Source of the DNA: Phoronis australis
Taxonomy: Eukaryota; Animalia; Phoronida
Direction: 5' to 3'
Length of the DNA: 64,000 nt
NCBI GenBank assembly: GCA_002633005.1
Contig: NMRA01000001.1
Location: 190,625-254,624 of the forward strand
Shown: piece after piece, positions 26,701 through 39,000 of the stretch
Position numbering within the stretch: position 1 is the stretch's first letter
How the letters are laid out: the number at the start of each line of letters is the position of its first letter
Made by a program: the position numbers and the translations under genes
Notes under the pieces: model-generated
The model's database searches: none
What the model was told of the DNA's origin: nothing
Seen by the model: the letters and a program-made list of their open reading frames with translations, nothing else

Positions 26701-29700
26701 GGCACTAGCGAATCATGTGTGCACGAATTCACAAATTAGTGATGTAGCAAGGATTCTCGCCAGGGGGAGAGGGAGGGGGTGAAGACAACGAAACGACCTT
26801 AGACAAATTTGAAATCGAACTGGGTAGAGAACGGTAACGCTAGGATCTCGCTAAAAGGCAAGATTTCGCAAGATTACGCGAGACTTCACCGCGTATTTTC
26901 ATTGAAAGCCCGTTGATTTTGGCTACAGTGTAGATTTTTCTCCCCGAGAGACAGCTAATGAACTCTACCCTTGGTTTCATTTCTGTTCATGAAAAGTAAA
27001 GGGAGTAAGTCACAAATTTGGTCTTACGCCCAACAAACCTATTTATGGAAAATAACCCAAAGCCACTTGTACAACAAGTCCAAAGTGTATGAGAATATAC
27101 ATTGTACACATAACTGCTTGTTACTGAGATAATTTCTCACAATTATTTTCAGACTGTGATGCGTTCGTAATGACTTCGCTGAACTCTTTTCATAAATTGA
27201 GAAGCAGGAGCGTCAGACCCTTTGTCTTTAGTCTTAAGTCACTTTCATGAAACAGGCTACAGAAACCATGCTAACTGGAACCCTTGACGTAACCAGACTG
27301 AATGACCGTAGCTAACATTAGGTAAAAACACAGCCGGCAGTACCTGTCGGTCTTAACAATTCATGCAGAACACAACGACTTTTGCCTACCATGTTCTTAG
27401 CCACTTCTGACGTCATCTGTTCGCTGACTGAATGACACATAGAGAGATTATTGAAGTTGTCAATCAGATCTTGGCATGATATCCAGAATTCCCCCTCATC
27501 TTTGCCGATCGTGAGGCCAATTTTTCGCCTATCTCGTCTTTCCAAAGATTTCCACTCGTTGGAGCTTGAAGGAAACATATAAATGTTCTCTCAATAACAA
27601 TAAAAACGAAATATCTTGATTACAACTAAAACACATATAAATGCTTAAGGCATAGGACAAACAAGGTAACGTGAAATATTTTTTACCTGAAATTGCTGAT
27701 GTTCTGACATTTCCAAAACAACGAATATTGTAACTGTGTTCTTATTTTTTCCTTGAGTTTGACTAAAGTTAGATTCAATAGCCCGCCTGAAATTCTCCCG
27801 TAGGCTGAAGTGATTGGTTGCATGAAACAGTAGACCCAAATATGGGCTCAGCTAAGTCCCCTAAATCTTTTGCACGTTTGTTTCGTTCTATATCCGCAGG
27901 TGTAGTATTTTTCTATCATTTTATCTTTATTATGAACTCTTCTTTGACTAATGACATTTTCTAATAATATGACTGGAAACTGAGTCCATAATTCAGTCAA
28001 ATTAATTAGGGACTTAGTCCTTAATTAGGGTTTTTTAATGCATAAAGAGTTCCCTACTTATTTTCAATAATTTTGAAAATTCAACGCAATAGACTTGACT
28101 CTCGATTTGTATCAAATTAAAGCCAAAAATTGACTTAGTAATGAGACGGAAACATCATGAGAAAGGACAGTCAGTGATGTCACAAAGCCACCCTCAAATT
28201 AACCATCCGTGCTAAACATGATCCCAAGCAGTAACGATGTGTCAGTTCTTCAGATAGTACATGGGGAACAACATGATCCAATTTATAAAAAATAACCCAA
28301 ATGTTGTTTTTCGACAGGCGTAGATTCATTGCACCTTCATGTTCACGTAATAATTTTAACCCCCATTAACTGTCGATACTGGAGTGAGTGACACCAATAA
28401 TGCGCGTGCATTTTACCTCTTATTCCACGGCCCTTTCCAATCGTCATCTCCCGAAGGGCTACGCAGCCTCACGATGAAAACGTCGTTCCCTTTCACGTTT
28501 TTCTATAACAACACAAACCGTTACTAAAGTGAAAAGCAAATTTTTTACCTTGACGCACTACTAAACCAGCCCGGTCCTCAATTTAGAACAAAACTAGGCT
28601 AAGCTAGTTTGTCTAATCAATTTTTGAATGTCTGTTGCCTACCCTGTGAAAAAGTGGCACGACTCATTCTCTGTGGGGCCATGTAATCTGACTTATTTTA
28701 TACCATTCGGAACAACGAGTAGGCCCTACTTTGCCGGGTAGCCTCATCTGCGGATGTACGGACTTCAGTCATACGTCTAGTCACGTGACTTTCAAACTGG
28801 AAAATGATTGACCGCACATGCACATGCAGTTGACGTTGGCCTCCGAGAGAAACTTAGAGGTTACGAAAATAATCGGAGTGTTCGGGACGCTCCGAGGGAA
28901 ACCTGAGGCTACGAAAATGTAATTGGTGATCCGAACGACTCTACAATACCTAAGGATGATACGACTCCAGAGATCTCTTATTGCTGCTTCTCAAATCTTG
29001 CCCTACTTTCCACTTCCGTGGCATTTTCACGAAAGACGTCGCTCTACTCGGTGGAGGAACGTCGATAACACTCTTTTGTGCGCAATCGGACAAGTAAAGA
29101 ACATTATTTATTTCACTTCGATCAGCTTGTATAAGTTATTATTTTAACATTACAATTGTTTGAGCAATAGAAAAAAAACTTAACTGGCACGAGATTAACG
29201 AACGATGAACTAATTTAGATGTAAACTGGTTACAACACAGCAACACTGGGTGAATATCGCAAATTAGATTAGCGTTGGCAGTGGTATTTTGTAACATTTC
29301 TGTATTTTCCAACATGTCTTATTGTTGACAGGATGACTTCTACACCAGTTCGGTAAAAAACTCAATTGGTTCATAAACGAAACGTGTGACTACTTACGAT
29401 GCAGCCATTAATAGAGTATACGTGACCCATGCGCAGACCATTTTCCGGTGGCGGATCGTCGGCACTAGGTGTCTGTAAAAGGTGGCACCTGAATGTATTT
29501 ACGTAGATAAATTGCATCAAGACAACCTCTTTAATGCGATGGGATAATTTTATTATGAGTAGTAACGTAGTAGTAGATCTCGTTCCAATAATGTAAAACA
29601 ATGTTGACATCGAAATACAGTTTTAACTTTGCAATTTAGCTGTAAAAAGTAGTGACTATGCAGCACAAAACAGACGTGTCCGTAAGGAAAAACGATGCGA

Positions 29701-32700
29701 ACGGTATGTTTTCTACGATGCGATTGCAGTTGTCTAATAATCTTAGAGGTCATTATGGCGACGAGAAGTTGTTGCAACCTCGTTGTCCACGATACGCAGC
29801 GTATTTATTGCTGCGACGTTTTCCCGTGATTCAACATTTGATCTGCTGCACCTGCAACATGTTGCAATTGCTACGAGATGAACAGCGGGTGTGCGAGAAA
29901 TCGGCACATTGTAGACAGACGATGAAAAGCAGATTTAATGTTATGGACAGGACCTTAGTCGGCAACGAGGTAAGGAAGATGTAAACAGGACTAAAGCATT
30001 GGCAGATAAAATTTCAATTTGAAAGTCTTACTTTTGTCATAACAGATAATAATGTCAACATTTTTTGGTGTTCTTCGATGACATCAAACAACGCTTGTGG
30101 ACCGTTCTCCCATCCGTGAAAGTTGATTGTTTCACACACGCCACCTGTCAGAGACTGCAAAACGTCCTGGAAATCGTCTTTGTTTGCCATCTGGTACCCA
30201 CCTCTGCTCCTGATGTACACAAACAGATATTTCTAATGAGTAGGTGCTTATTGTCACGCACGCACTGATCAATTCGGAGTGAACTCACCGATAAGCGTAG
30301 ACAAAGATATTCAACAACAGGACAAGCTCTCAAACTTACTGGTAAGCTCGTGTACTGAAGATACGTACTGCTTTAATGATCCGGTGGTAGTGACTTTTTG
30401 CAGTAAACACAAGAGCTAAGCATATGAATGTCGTCGGGATGGAACACCTTTTTGAAAAGAGCAGAGGGGCCATGACACCCTTGCCCCACACCCCCACACC
30501 CCAGCCCCACCCCCACCTCCGTGGTCACGGCAATGAGTGTGCCGTTGGTGATTTCTGATCAATCATTTTTTAAAAATGAAGAATAAACTTAATGCAAACG
30601 CAATCAATCTCACATTACATAGTTCGTATGAGGTTTATCAAACTGAGAAATGTTTGCTTGGAGATATCTATTCCTAGAACATTATAGTTGAACACAAGTT
30701 TATTAATGTCAACTCACTTGGCGTATGCTTTCTGCAATAAGGCCACCCAAAATTCATTGGGATGATCACCATTACTTGCGAAAATAAGCTCCCCATTTTC
30801 GTCCACAGGCAGACGGTCATCCACTATCACGTGCTGCCACCTGCAGTCTACCCAAATTTGGAAGCGGAACAGCCCTGTAACGACAACACGTTCCACTTAA
30901 CCTGTGAGTAATTTTGATATTGGTCCTAGACATAACTGATTGCATGAACATTTTCCAGGAAACGTAAATAAAAAAGATTTGCTAGCTTTATGAGGAAGAC
31001 ACTATTCCCAATAGTGTACAGAATTACCATGTATGATGAAAGTGGTCACAAAATTTACACAGGTAGGCTAAAACCGTGGGAGGGGCGTAAGAAACGAAAC
31101 GAGTAGACAAACGTATGGATACTTAAGGAAATTTAAGAAGTCATTAACTTTGCACTCCGTTTCGATGAAGGTAGCCTGAGACTATCTGCTAAGACGGTAG
31201 TAATTTGTGCAAATTTCGAAGGTTCACTCCTATAAAGAATGCATTGTCGCAATTATCGCTTGCCTAAGACCATAACTACTTCCAGGCAACTTTTGATATT
31301 TAACCGCTCCGTGATATAATTACCTGCGTACAAATTGTCGTCGAAATTCTGGTCGGACGGGCAAACTCTTTCGAACAGTGCAGTGTTGTAAGTGACTAAG
31401 CTTGAAACTGCCTGCACGAAGCCACTGTCAGCTGAAAGTATGAGCTCAGTACAGATTTAGCCGCAAACTTAGCTTTTCTGGTAACTGTACGTTTGACCTA
31501 CAGGGAGAGTTGTGGTGGCTGGGAGGATGTCCGTTGAATCCAATGATGACGATGGTGCTGGTGGCAGTAGGAATGGTGGTAGGGGTGGCAGTGGTAATGG
31601 TGGGGTGGAGGTGCTGCTGGTGACGGTTAAAGCGGTGGTGGTGGTGGTGGTGGTGGTGGTGGAGGGGGTGGTGTTGGTGCTGGTGCTGATGGTGGTGGTA
31701 GGGGGTGGCCGTGTTTGTGGAGGTGTTGGCTTAACTGAAATGAAGAACTGTAGAACCACAGTTTAAAATGCGTTTTCTTGGAACACTGCGAACGCGCGCG
31801 ATTTAAACAAATAACTCTTTCAGAGAACAGAACAACACAGGTCATGTATTGCGTCCTACCAAGGTGATGAGGATGCCTGCTGTGCTTGAATTCGAAGTCG
31901 CGAGCAACGGAACTACTTGTAAGCATGCGTTAGATAGATCAAGTATAAATTACACGATCCCTGGCATAGGGGGCTAAAGGACAATAATTCTTGTTTTCGC
32001 TAATTTGGTTTAAGGCTGGGTATGTCACCCGAGACAGAAAATGTTTCTATGCTCAACGAAGCACGTGGTTGGCGCACTTACGAATATTGCTACTCATTTA
32101 TTAACACGGCTCACGTTCCTGTAAATTCACTTCACTTTCTCAAGAACTGGGACCCACACAAAAATCCATCTGAACACCCAAAAGCACGTTTAACGGGTTC
32201 ACATATGGTAACGCTGCTTGAGTGGCGAACTGTTGGTAGGTCGGGTTTAGTTGTCATATAACTGTGTACGATGTGGTCCACCGGGCGTTTTAGGTGACAA
32301 TAAAACGGGTCTTGTAAGAGCGGGCACGAGTTTGAGAGTCACCAGTGAACTGGGCTTACAGGTCCGCGAGCCGAAGCGTACATGTACATAGCGTGCGCAG
32401 TCACAGGAAGTCCGGGTACAACTGCTAGGACTCCTTTACCTCACTGCGCATTATTTTTGATGTAATGTTCGACTAACCTGCTTCTCCGTGGTCCAAGTCA
32501 AACCTTGATTCTCCTTTGATGCGGAAAATTGGAGATGCAGCAATTTCCTATTTTGAGGAAAAGGACAATTACAATGACGCTAAAATTTCTCCTCAAAGAT
32601 CTAGGTACTTAAATATTTCCAGAAAAACGACATTTCATATTAGGGGTACGTGTACATGCAACGTTGAGAACGAACTTTTAAAAAGCACTTGAAGTCCCTC

Positions 32701-33161
32701 GATTGCAAGTAATGAGTTGTCTAAAAATCACCCAGAGAACACGTTTACCAGACAATATCCTCAAAAACACTATTGCAGAATTTTTTTATTTCGATAGAGG
32801 GTTTCCGATAGCTTATATATATATATCGAATTTTCTGTAGCACACTTCAGCTCCGTCTTTACAGTGAACATTCCGTTATCCGCAGGTTCAGGCTACTCTA
32901 GATTGGTGTGGTCCAGACCGACTTTTTGATCTTCGAATACAAAACAAAATTACAAACATCTAAGCTCGTCCCTCGAATAACGGATCTACGCTCGTCCCTC
33001 GAATAACTGGCTACCTTAGGTCGTCTCCATGCCACTTCAATATCGAGTGAGTTCAGGGCGCTCCGATCAGCTTTGAACTCGATATCCTCGTAAAGTTGCC
33101 CATCCTGCGCTAGACGTCGCTTCAAGTTATTAAAATTTTCTAATTGTTCTAGTGACTCCAT
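23750..33161 (-). CDS. Calpain-family protein (CysPc + domain III, no EF-hands), predicted catalytically inactive; 11 exons, ~490 aa
   Basis: Exons 33161-33015, 32547-32478, 31431-31324, 30874-30718, 30209-30032, 29472-29398, 28502-28417, 27564-27390, 25979-25889, 24888-24740, 23986-23750. All introns are GT-AG with matching phases (1473 nt, no internal stop). Motifs YEDIEF, WRRPKEI, VIVDDRLP, NEFWVALLQKAYAK, LTGG, GHVYSI, WKGPW, EGEFWIS, GAWVKNHTAGG, YWKNPQY, GHYVFIPT, EGKFLLRV. Confidence 0.92.
31557..31708. repeat. (GGT)n-rich low-complexity microsatellite in calpain intron
   Basis: Pure and degenerate GGT runs that produce spurious poly-Pro/Thr/Val ORFs. Confidence 0.85.
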
Positions 33162-36002
33162 TTTGGCAATAACCGCCAAGTGGCAAGGTCTTTAAAGGTT
33201 TCAAAATACAACAATCGTTTTTCCCGTGGTATCCAAGTCGTGCCAAATCCCGTCCCGTAGGTGTCAAAGACCGGAGAGGGACTCTGGCTTGTTGCGAGAC
33301 TAGCCGCTAATTTAACACCTTGGAGTTCCAGGTGACTGTTTACATAGCTTTCATCACATTAAATATTCGGTAATTACTTTGCTCAAGGGACGGTAACAGT
33401 GTCACAAAACATCCATATAGAAACTGTGCATTGAACTCTCACCAGACTTTATTAAGACGTTTATGGATACACACTAGCAGAAATATTGTACAACAAAGGA
33501 CCGGAATTGAATACGTCTCACGTGTATAAACGAATGCATTCATCAGGTGTTTGCTAATAACGAACTAAAAGTTCATAAGCGCTGCCCCCTTTATGTCAGC
33601 CTCTTTTTAAGCTAAGTCATTCGGAAAATGGGCTCAAAATCGTGTGACGTCTATTTACCCCATGGGTGCATTATTTTTTTCTGTGTAGGCTAATGTTTCG
33701 CTCATTGTTGACTTTCTGATTGCTTTTCGCGTACGAAATACAGTAGCGTATTTATTATGCTTTCAGACCTTCGAAGCAATTGCTATGCACCTCGTCAGTG
33801 GGACTGAATGACAGAATCAAACATTTGTTTCCAAATTAACCGATAGTCGGCGATCAGTCTTTTAAAACTGCATTTCGCGCAAATTAAGACGGTCAGGCTC
33901 TATCAATTATTCATTTCCAAATTGTATATCGAATATGTCGCCGAACTGAAATGGGAAATGGAAATTACTCAGTCTTGAAAAAAAAATCATTCTATAATTT
34001 ACTGAAATAAATTTCTGTGACCGTGGTACTTAATTGTAACACTTTGTGACTGATTTTGTCAGTGCAAGTGGTCTGCTTCGAATAACTGTTGTTTTTGTCC
34101 CAAATTACGTTCTCACATGCGATGATAAAGAACTGTATTGTGCAATACATTATAATTTATTAAGTACCACAATGTACATAAACACAATTTTAGCAATTGC
34201 CATAAATAAATACACAATATTTTAACTCGTTTGAATACATCAACAGCATGACTGAGAGTTTTACATGATCGTCAATAAGTCTGAATAGTAGATTCTGAGC
34301 ATTTTTGACTATAGATGGCGGTGCTGGGCATTGGATTTAACATGAAATTTAAACGACGCGAGATACACGCAGTGCTTAAGTCGGTAGAATCCATTCAACT
34401 TTTGCTTCTCCATGTCCACTACAACCGCAGGACTGCACATTTAAAACGACTTTGTCCTCTTGAATTCAGCGTAATGTCTGCATGTACTTGACCAGGGATA
34501 TTTCAATAGATCATACGGACATCCAGTGAATACCAGACCCTGCCTACGTTAACATTCAAATAATCACGTATAGCCACCTAGCGCGGCAGACACGTGCGTC
34601 ACCGGCACCAAAAACGTCATTGTATAATAACTGCGTGACCGGCGTTACATAAAACGAGAGACACGTGTCATCTTTATTGCATAAAATGATAGGAAATTTG
34701 ATGGACTGATGACGTCAGTGTCAACACTCTCAATAATATCATGACAATATTGTTGGAGATGTTACTGAATGATGACTATGAAGGACGCCTTTCAACAATG
34801 TTAGCAAAGATGACTAGAAAAAAGTCACTAAGTAAAACGCTCATACCAACACACTGACGTAGTATTCCACCGTCATGTAACGGTACGGTGTCGCACTGAT
34901 GTTCATAAAAGCTTGAAAATACAACCTGGCACTACACTATTGTGAAATGCTATGTACTGGCCTCAAAGTAGTTCCTAATTCGGGTGAGAAGTGGTTTCTG
35001 GCTTTCAAAGAACTGGCAGTATGTTTATTCCTCAAAACCACACTCGTCACAGCGACAAACCCAACACGCAGCAGAAGAGGGCTTGGGCTATAACCAACGG
35101 TCAGTTCATTCCGACAATGAAGTCCTAAATTGGCTTTCAACTTAATTGAGAAAGGAACGATTCCAGACCAATGGTGGTAGGTAGTCTAAATCAAAAGTTG
35201 ATTTTTGTTCATTATGGAAAGCGGGTTTAAAACCACTGAAACTCTGGCCAATGATAATGTTTATCACAAGAAAAACAAAACAACAGTGGTAATCGTGAAC
35301 ATGCGTGGCAAAATGTCACCTTCGTCACCGGGCAAAATGTACAATATCTCTAATGCTACATGAACAGTGCTCGTCAATTGTATAACAAAATGACCTTACC
35401 GGGTGAATAAACACATAACATAGAAAACCCATCAACTTTTCTTGGCATAACTGAATAACTACAATTTACAGTTCAGGCAAGAACGTCAGGTACTAGTCCA
35501 AAATTTACATTCAAACGACAGTTACTAAAAATAAATAAACAAGACACATCTTATGTACAGCAAAGACAACAGATAAGGATAAACGGTACTTTGGTGGATG
35601 AGACAAACATGGTGGCTAATTCGATCCGTGATTGTCGGCCATATCCGTTTCCTATGGGGGATCGTCCATGTCTCTTCGCCAACACGTGACTTTGAGGCTT
35701 GAGATTACTGTCCTTCAGTTTCAGCGATGGTGTTGCAAAAAGCGCGAGCAGCGACGTCTCTCGTGGGAATCGTAGCTGGTGACTTAATACAACAACACAC
35801 GAGTCCACGGTTTCGCCTGCCATCTTGAATACTTAATTTGGTGGAGTAAACAGGCAATTCGCGTGCGTTCGCAGTCATAAGTGGACGGGAGAGTAAACCA
35901 AGAATACTAATTGTATTCATGTATTGATGACACGAATTCAGCGTACTCGGTATTTGAAGAGAAATCTACATTTTATGGGATTCGTAATCTTGTTCACTCT
36001 AC

Positions 36003-39000
36003 CTACTTCTGTACCGCCCTGGTGCGCATGCGTTGCGCATGCTCAACTGGAAACCATGAACTCGTGCATAGCAAGCCACCGTAGTTGTGTCTAAGGGTCA
36101 TCTAATCGCTTGTATCTGATCATGCCTCTGACGAGTCATGAACTGCTTGATCCCGAAGAGGTTCTGAAATAACCAAAGGACCAACTGAAGGTAAAGCATC
36201 TAATACAGACCATGTTTAACGGTTATCAGCATTTACGGTATAAAAACTCATGGTAGATGGCGCGCGATTTCCATTGTTTTCATACACCTAGTAATCGTCA
36301 CGACAAAAAACGTTAACTTTTTCGTAAAAGTACGCATAATCCCGTAGTCTTAGACCGCGATAAGGCAACGATACAAAAAATATGGCAGAAGCCAGACGTT
36401 TGGACTTCTACCCAGGAGAGTCACGCGGTGACGTTAAGCAATATTTTTGTTTTGACCTGAAATAATAAACACGTGAGGGGATATTTTGGTAAATTGACTT
36501 GAACTACAACAGGATACGTCGACTAGATTGATATAGGTCAGTCAGTCTTCGGACACATACACAGACTTCAAAACATTTACGAATCTTTCAATATGTGTTA
36601 ACCCGTCTATGACTGGTGCAAAATTTATCCCGTTGTGCGGAATTTACGACACTCTTGTATTGGACAATTACATTTCACTTTTAAAGCTCATCTAAAGCAA
36701 ATTCTCACCGTTTGCACTTTAAGTGTGAAAAAGAAGACTGCAGGGCGGGAAGGTCACTACTTATGTAGTGAGAGATAGCGCACAATTTTTGATAAGTTTG
36801 TGAACTGTGAAGATGCTTATTAAAGATTTCCTCACGAGTATAACAAACTTGACTTTGAACAACAGGTTGTTTTAACACAACATGACTTTTGGGCGCACGT
36901 TCCAACAGGAAGGACAAAATGTCACAATTTTCTCAAGCAAATGTCCGTAGCTCGATGATGTCGACAAAACATGTACAAGAATACATCTTATTAATAACTG
37001 CGAGCTTGACCGAGAATGACATTTTTACTACCCGTAGCAAGTTTTCTTTTTTGATTCCCATCCAAATAATTAACATTAAATCCAACATTCTTGGGTCAGA
37101 CTAATTCAATACACAGTCCAGGACTTGCAAGGGGAAACGATTGATGATCAACAATGTGCAGTGTTTATTTTGGCCAATGCAATCCTTAGTGAGCAATGCA
37201 TGTTAATGCCCTTGTCTTCAAACAATTCATTATTTATTAATGCTGACAAAATTGACGTCACACTACAAGGGTATGATACAAGACACCACACTTACGGTCG
37301 CACGTGCCAACGTGTCGCGTCTCAATGATTAGTCCCGCCCGACAGGACGCTCGTCTCAACGCACACCAGTTGTCGTAGGTGACGTTATCTGTGCCGCAAA
37401 GTTTGGGTATGTGAGCGGCCCGCCGCCCTCGGGGACACAGTGGGTTGCAGTCGACACACCGGGGCCGAGAAGTAGCCGGATTCATCAGGCACGTCGTCCC
37501 CGTTCGACATTGAATGTTGGAGCACGTAGCAGAGGCTGGAAAGAACGATGTAAGAATTCTGGCCATAAAACACAGTTGCACGTTATCACCGACAAATTAA
37601 AGTATTTATGTAACTCTTGCAGTTAATAGGCAGACAATAACGCAAAAGAACTTCGTTTCAATTTACGCGGATTCATCACGATTAGAGGGGATTAGCTGGC
37701 GCCTAGCGGTCAACATGAACGCGTCAGGTGATAACATTTTTGGACGATCTTGCCCGGTCCAAAGACAGCAGATATACTTGATGGAATGCTTAGAGCAGGA
37801 TTACATCCCTTGTATATATGTTAGGGGCAAAACTAGTATGATAACCTACAACGCCTCCGGCTTGACCGCGATGTCACCTGTTGGGTTATCAATTATACGA
37901 CATAATCCGCCTCCTGCCCCTCACCCGTTCGCTACTCAGGTAACCTCACTCAACCCCGTCAATCGATGAGACCCGTCCCCGTCATGGTTGTCCAGAAAGT
38001 CCGCATTCCTCTCAAAAGTCAATAAGTTTCAAATGCAGTGTTGTACGGTTGTTGACTGGTAAAAAATCGAATACATGGCAGATAAATGGTGACGTGTAAA
38101 CAACAAGACGGACAAAACACTAGCACTTGGGTGCACCAGAGTACGGGGTCTAATCTTTGTACTCAAACAGAACTCGAAATTATTTTTGATATTTTCTATT
38201 CTGCTTCTGTGCCAAATCAAGATAAGTCATTACAATTCTATGCAAGAAGAATATATTATGTTTATGCATATCAGTTTCAACCCCAAGTTCGCTCTTGATC
38301 CCTTTGATTCTAAGTACAAACTCGAATAAAAACTCGCCATTTCGAGTGCCTCTAACTTTTAGCCTAGTCAATGCTAAGGTCATCAAGTGTAAACTAGCAT
38401 TAGACAGTTATCTCGTACGTAAGCCATTATTTAATCGATCATAAAATAAAAGACACTTAGCTTGAGTTGCACAAAACTAGATTAGAAAATGCCAAAAATA
38501 ATTTTGAGTTTGGTTTCGAGTGAAAACATTAGACCCTGGGCCGAGAATTGAAGGAAGAGTCCGCTGCAACATGCTTTCTGGTTCGAGTATAATAAAGTAA
38601 CGCCCACAGAAAAATAAAAGGTTAAAACGAGCCTCAAAATGCGGGATAAATACGCAGCATATTAATAAACCTGTTGCGTGACAGATTCTCTCGCCATTCG
38701 ATCTCGTTGACGTCAAGTCTCATCACTTAAAATGCATTTTTGATGAGCCAGTTTACACGTCCTCTTGACATTATCAATGATGTCAGTCACTGGGTGTTTA
38801 TGATCTGACCACAGCCATTGGAAAACGACAGTAGAGTCGTACAAAGTAAACGGAATAATCCTGAATTGTATTACTAACGGCAGCCTAACTAACCAAGTCA
38901 ACACTAAACGTAACACTGGAAATTCAGCCCCTGTCCTCAATTTACATGAGCGTCGGCCAATCCAGCACAGTTAGCCACGCCCACTCCACTTGGTGAAAGT

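Noticed and set aside
31469-31926. Pro/Thr/Val-rich ORFs (mucin- or formin-like)
   Set aside because: Translation of an intronic GGT microsatellite; calpain exons 2 and 3 splice in frame without it.
34700-38720. Several TGACGTCA (CRE) palindromes around the follistatin 3' region
   Set aside because: The motif is scattered across the whole window, including exons and repeats; enrichment cannot be shown by eye.
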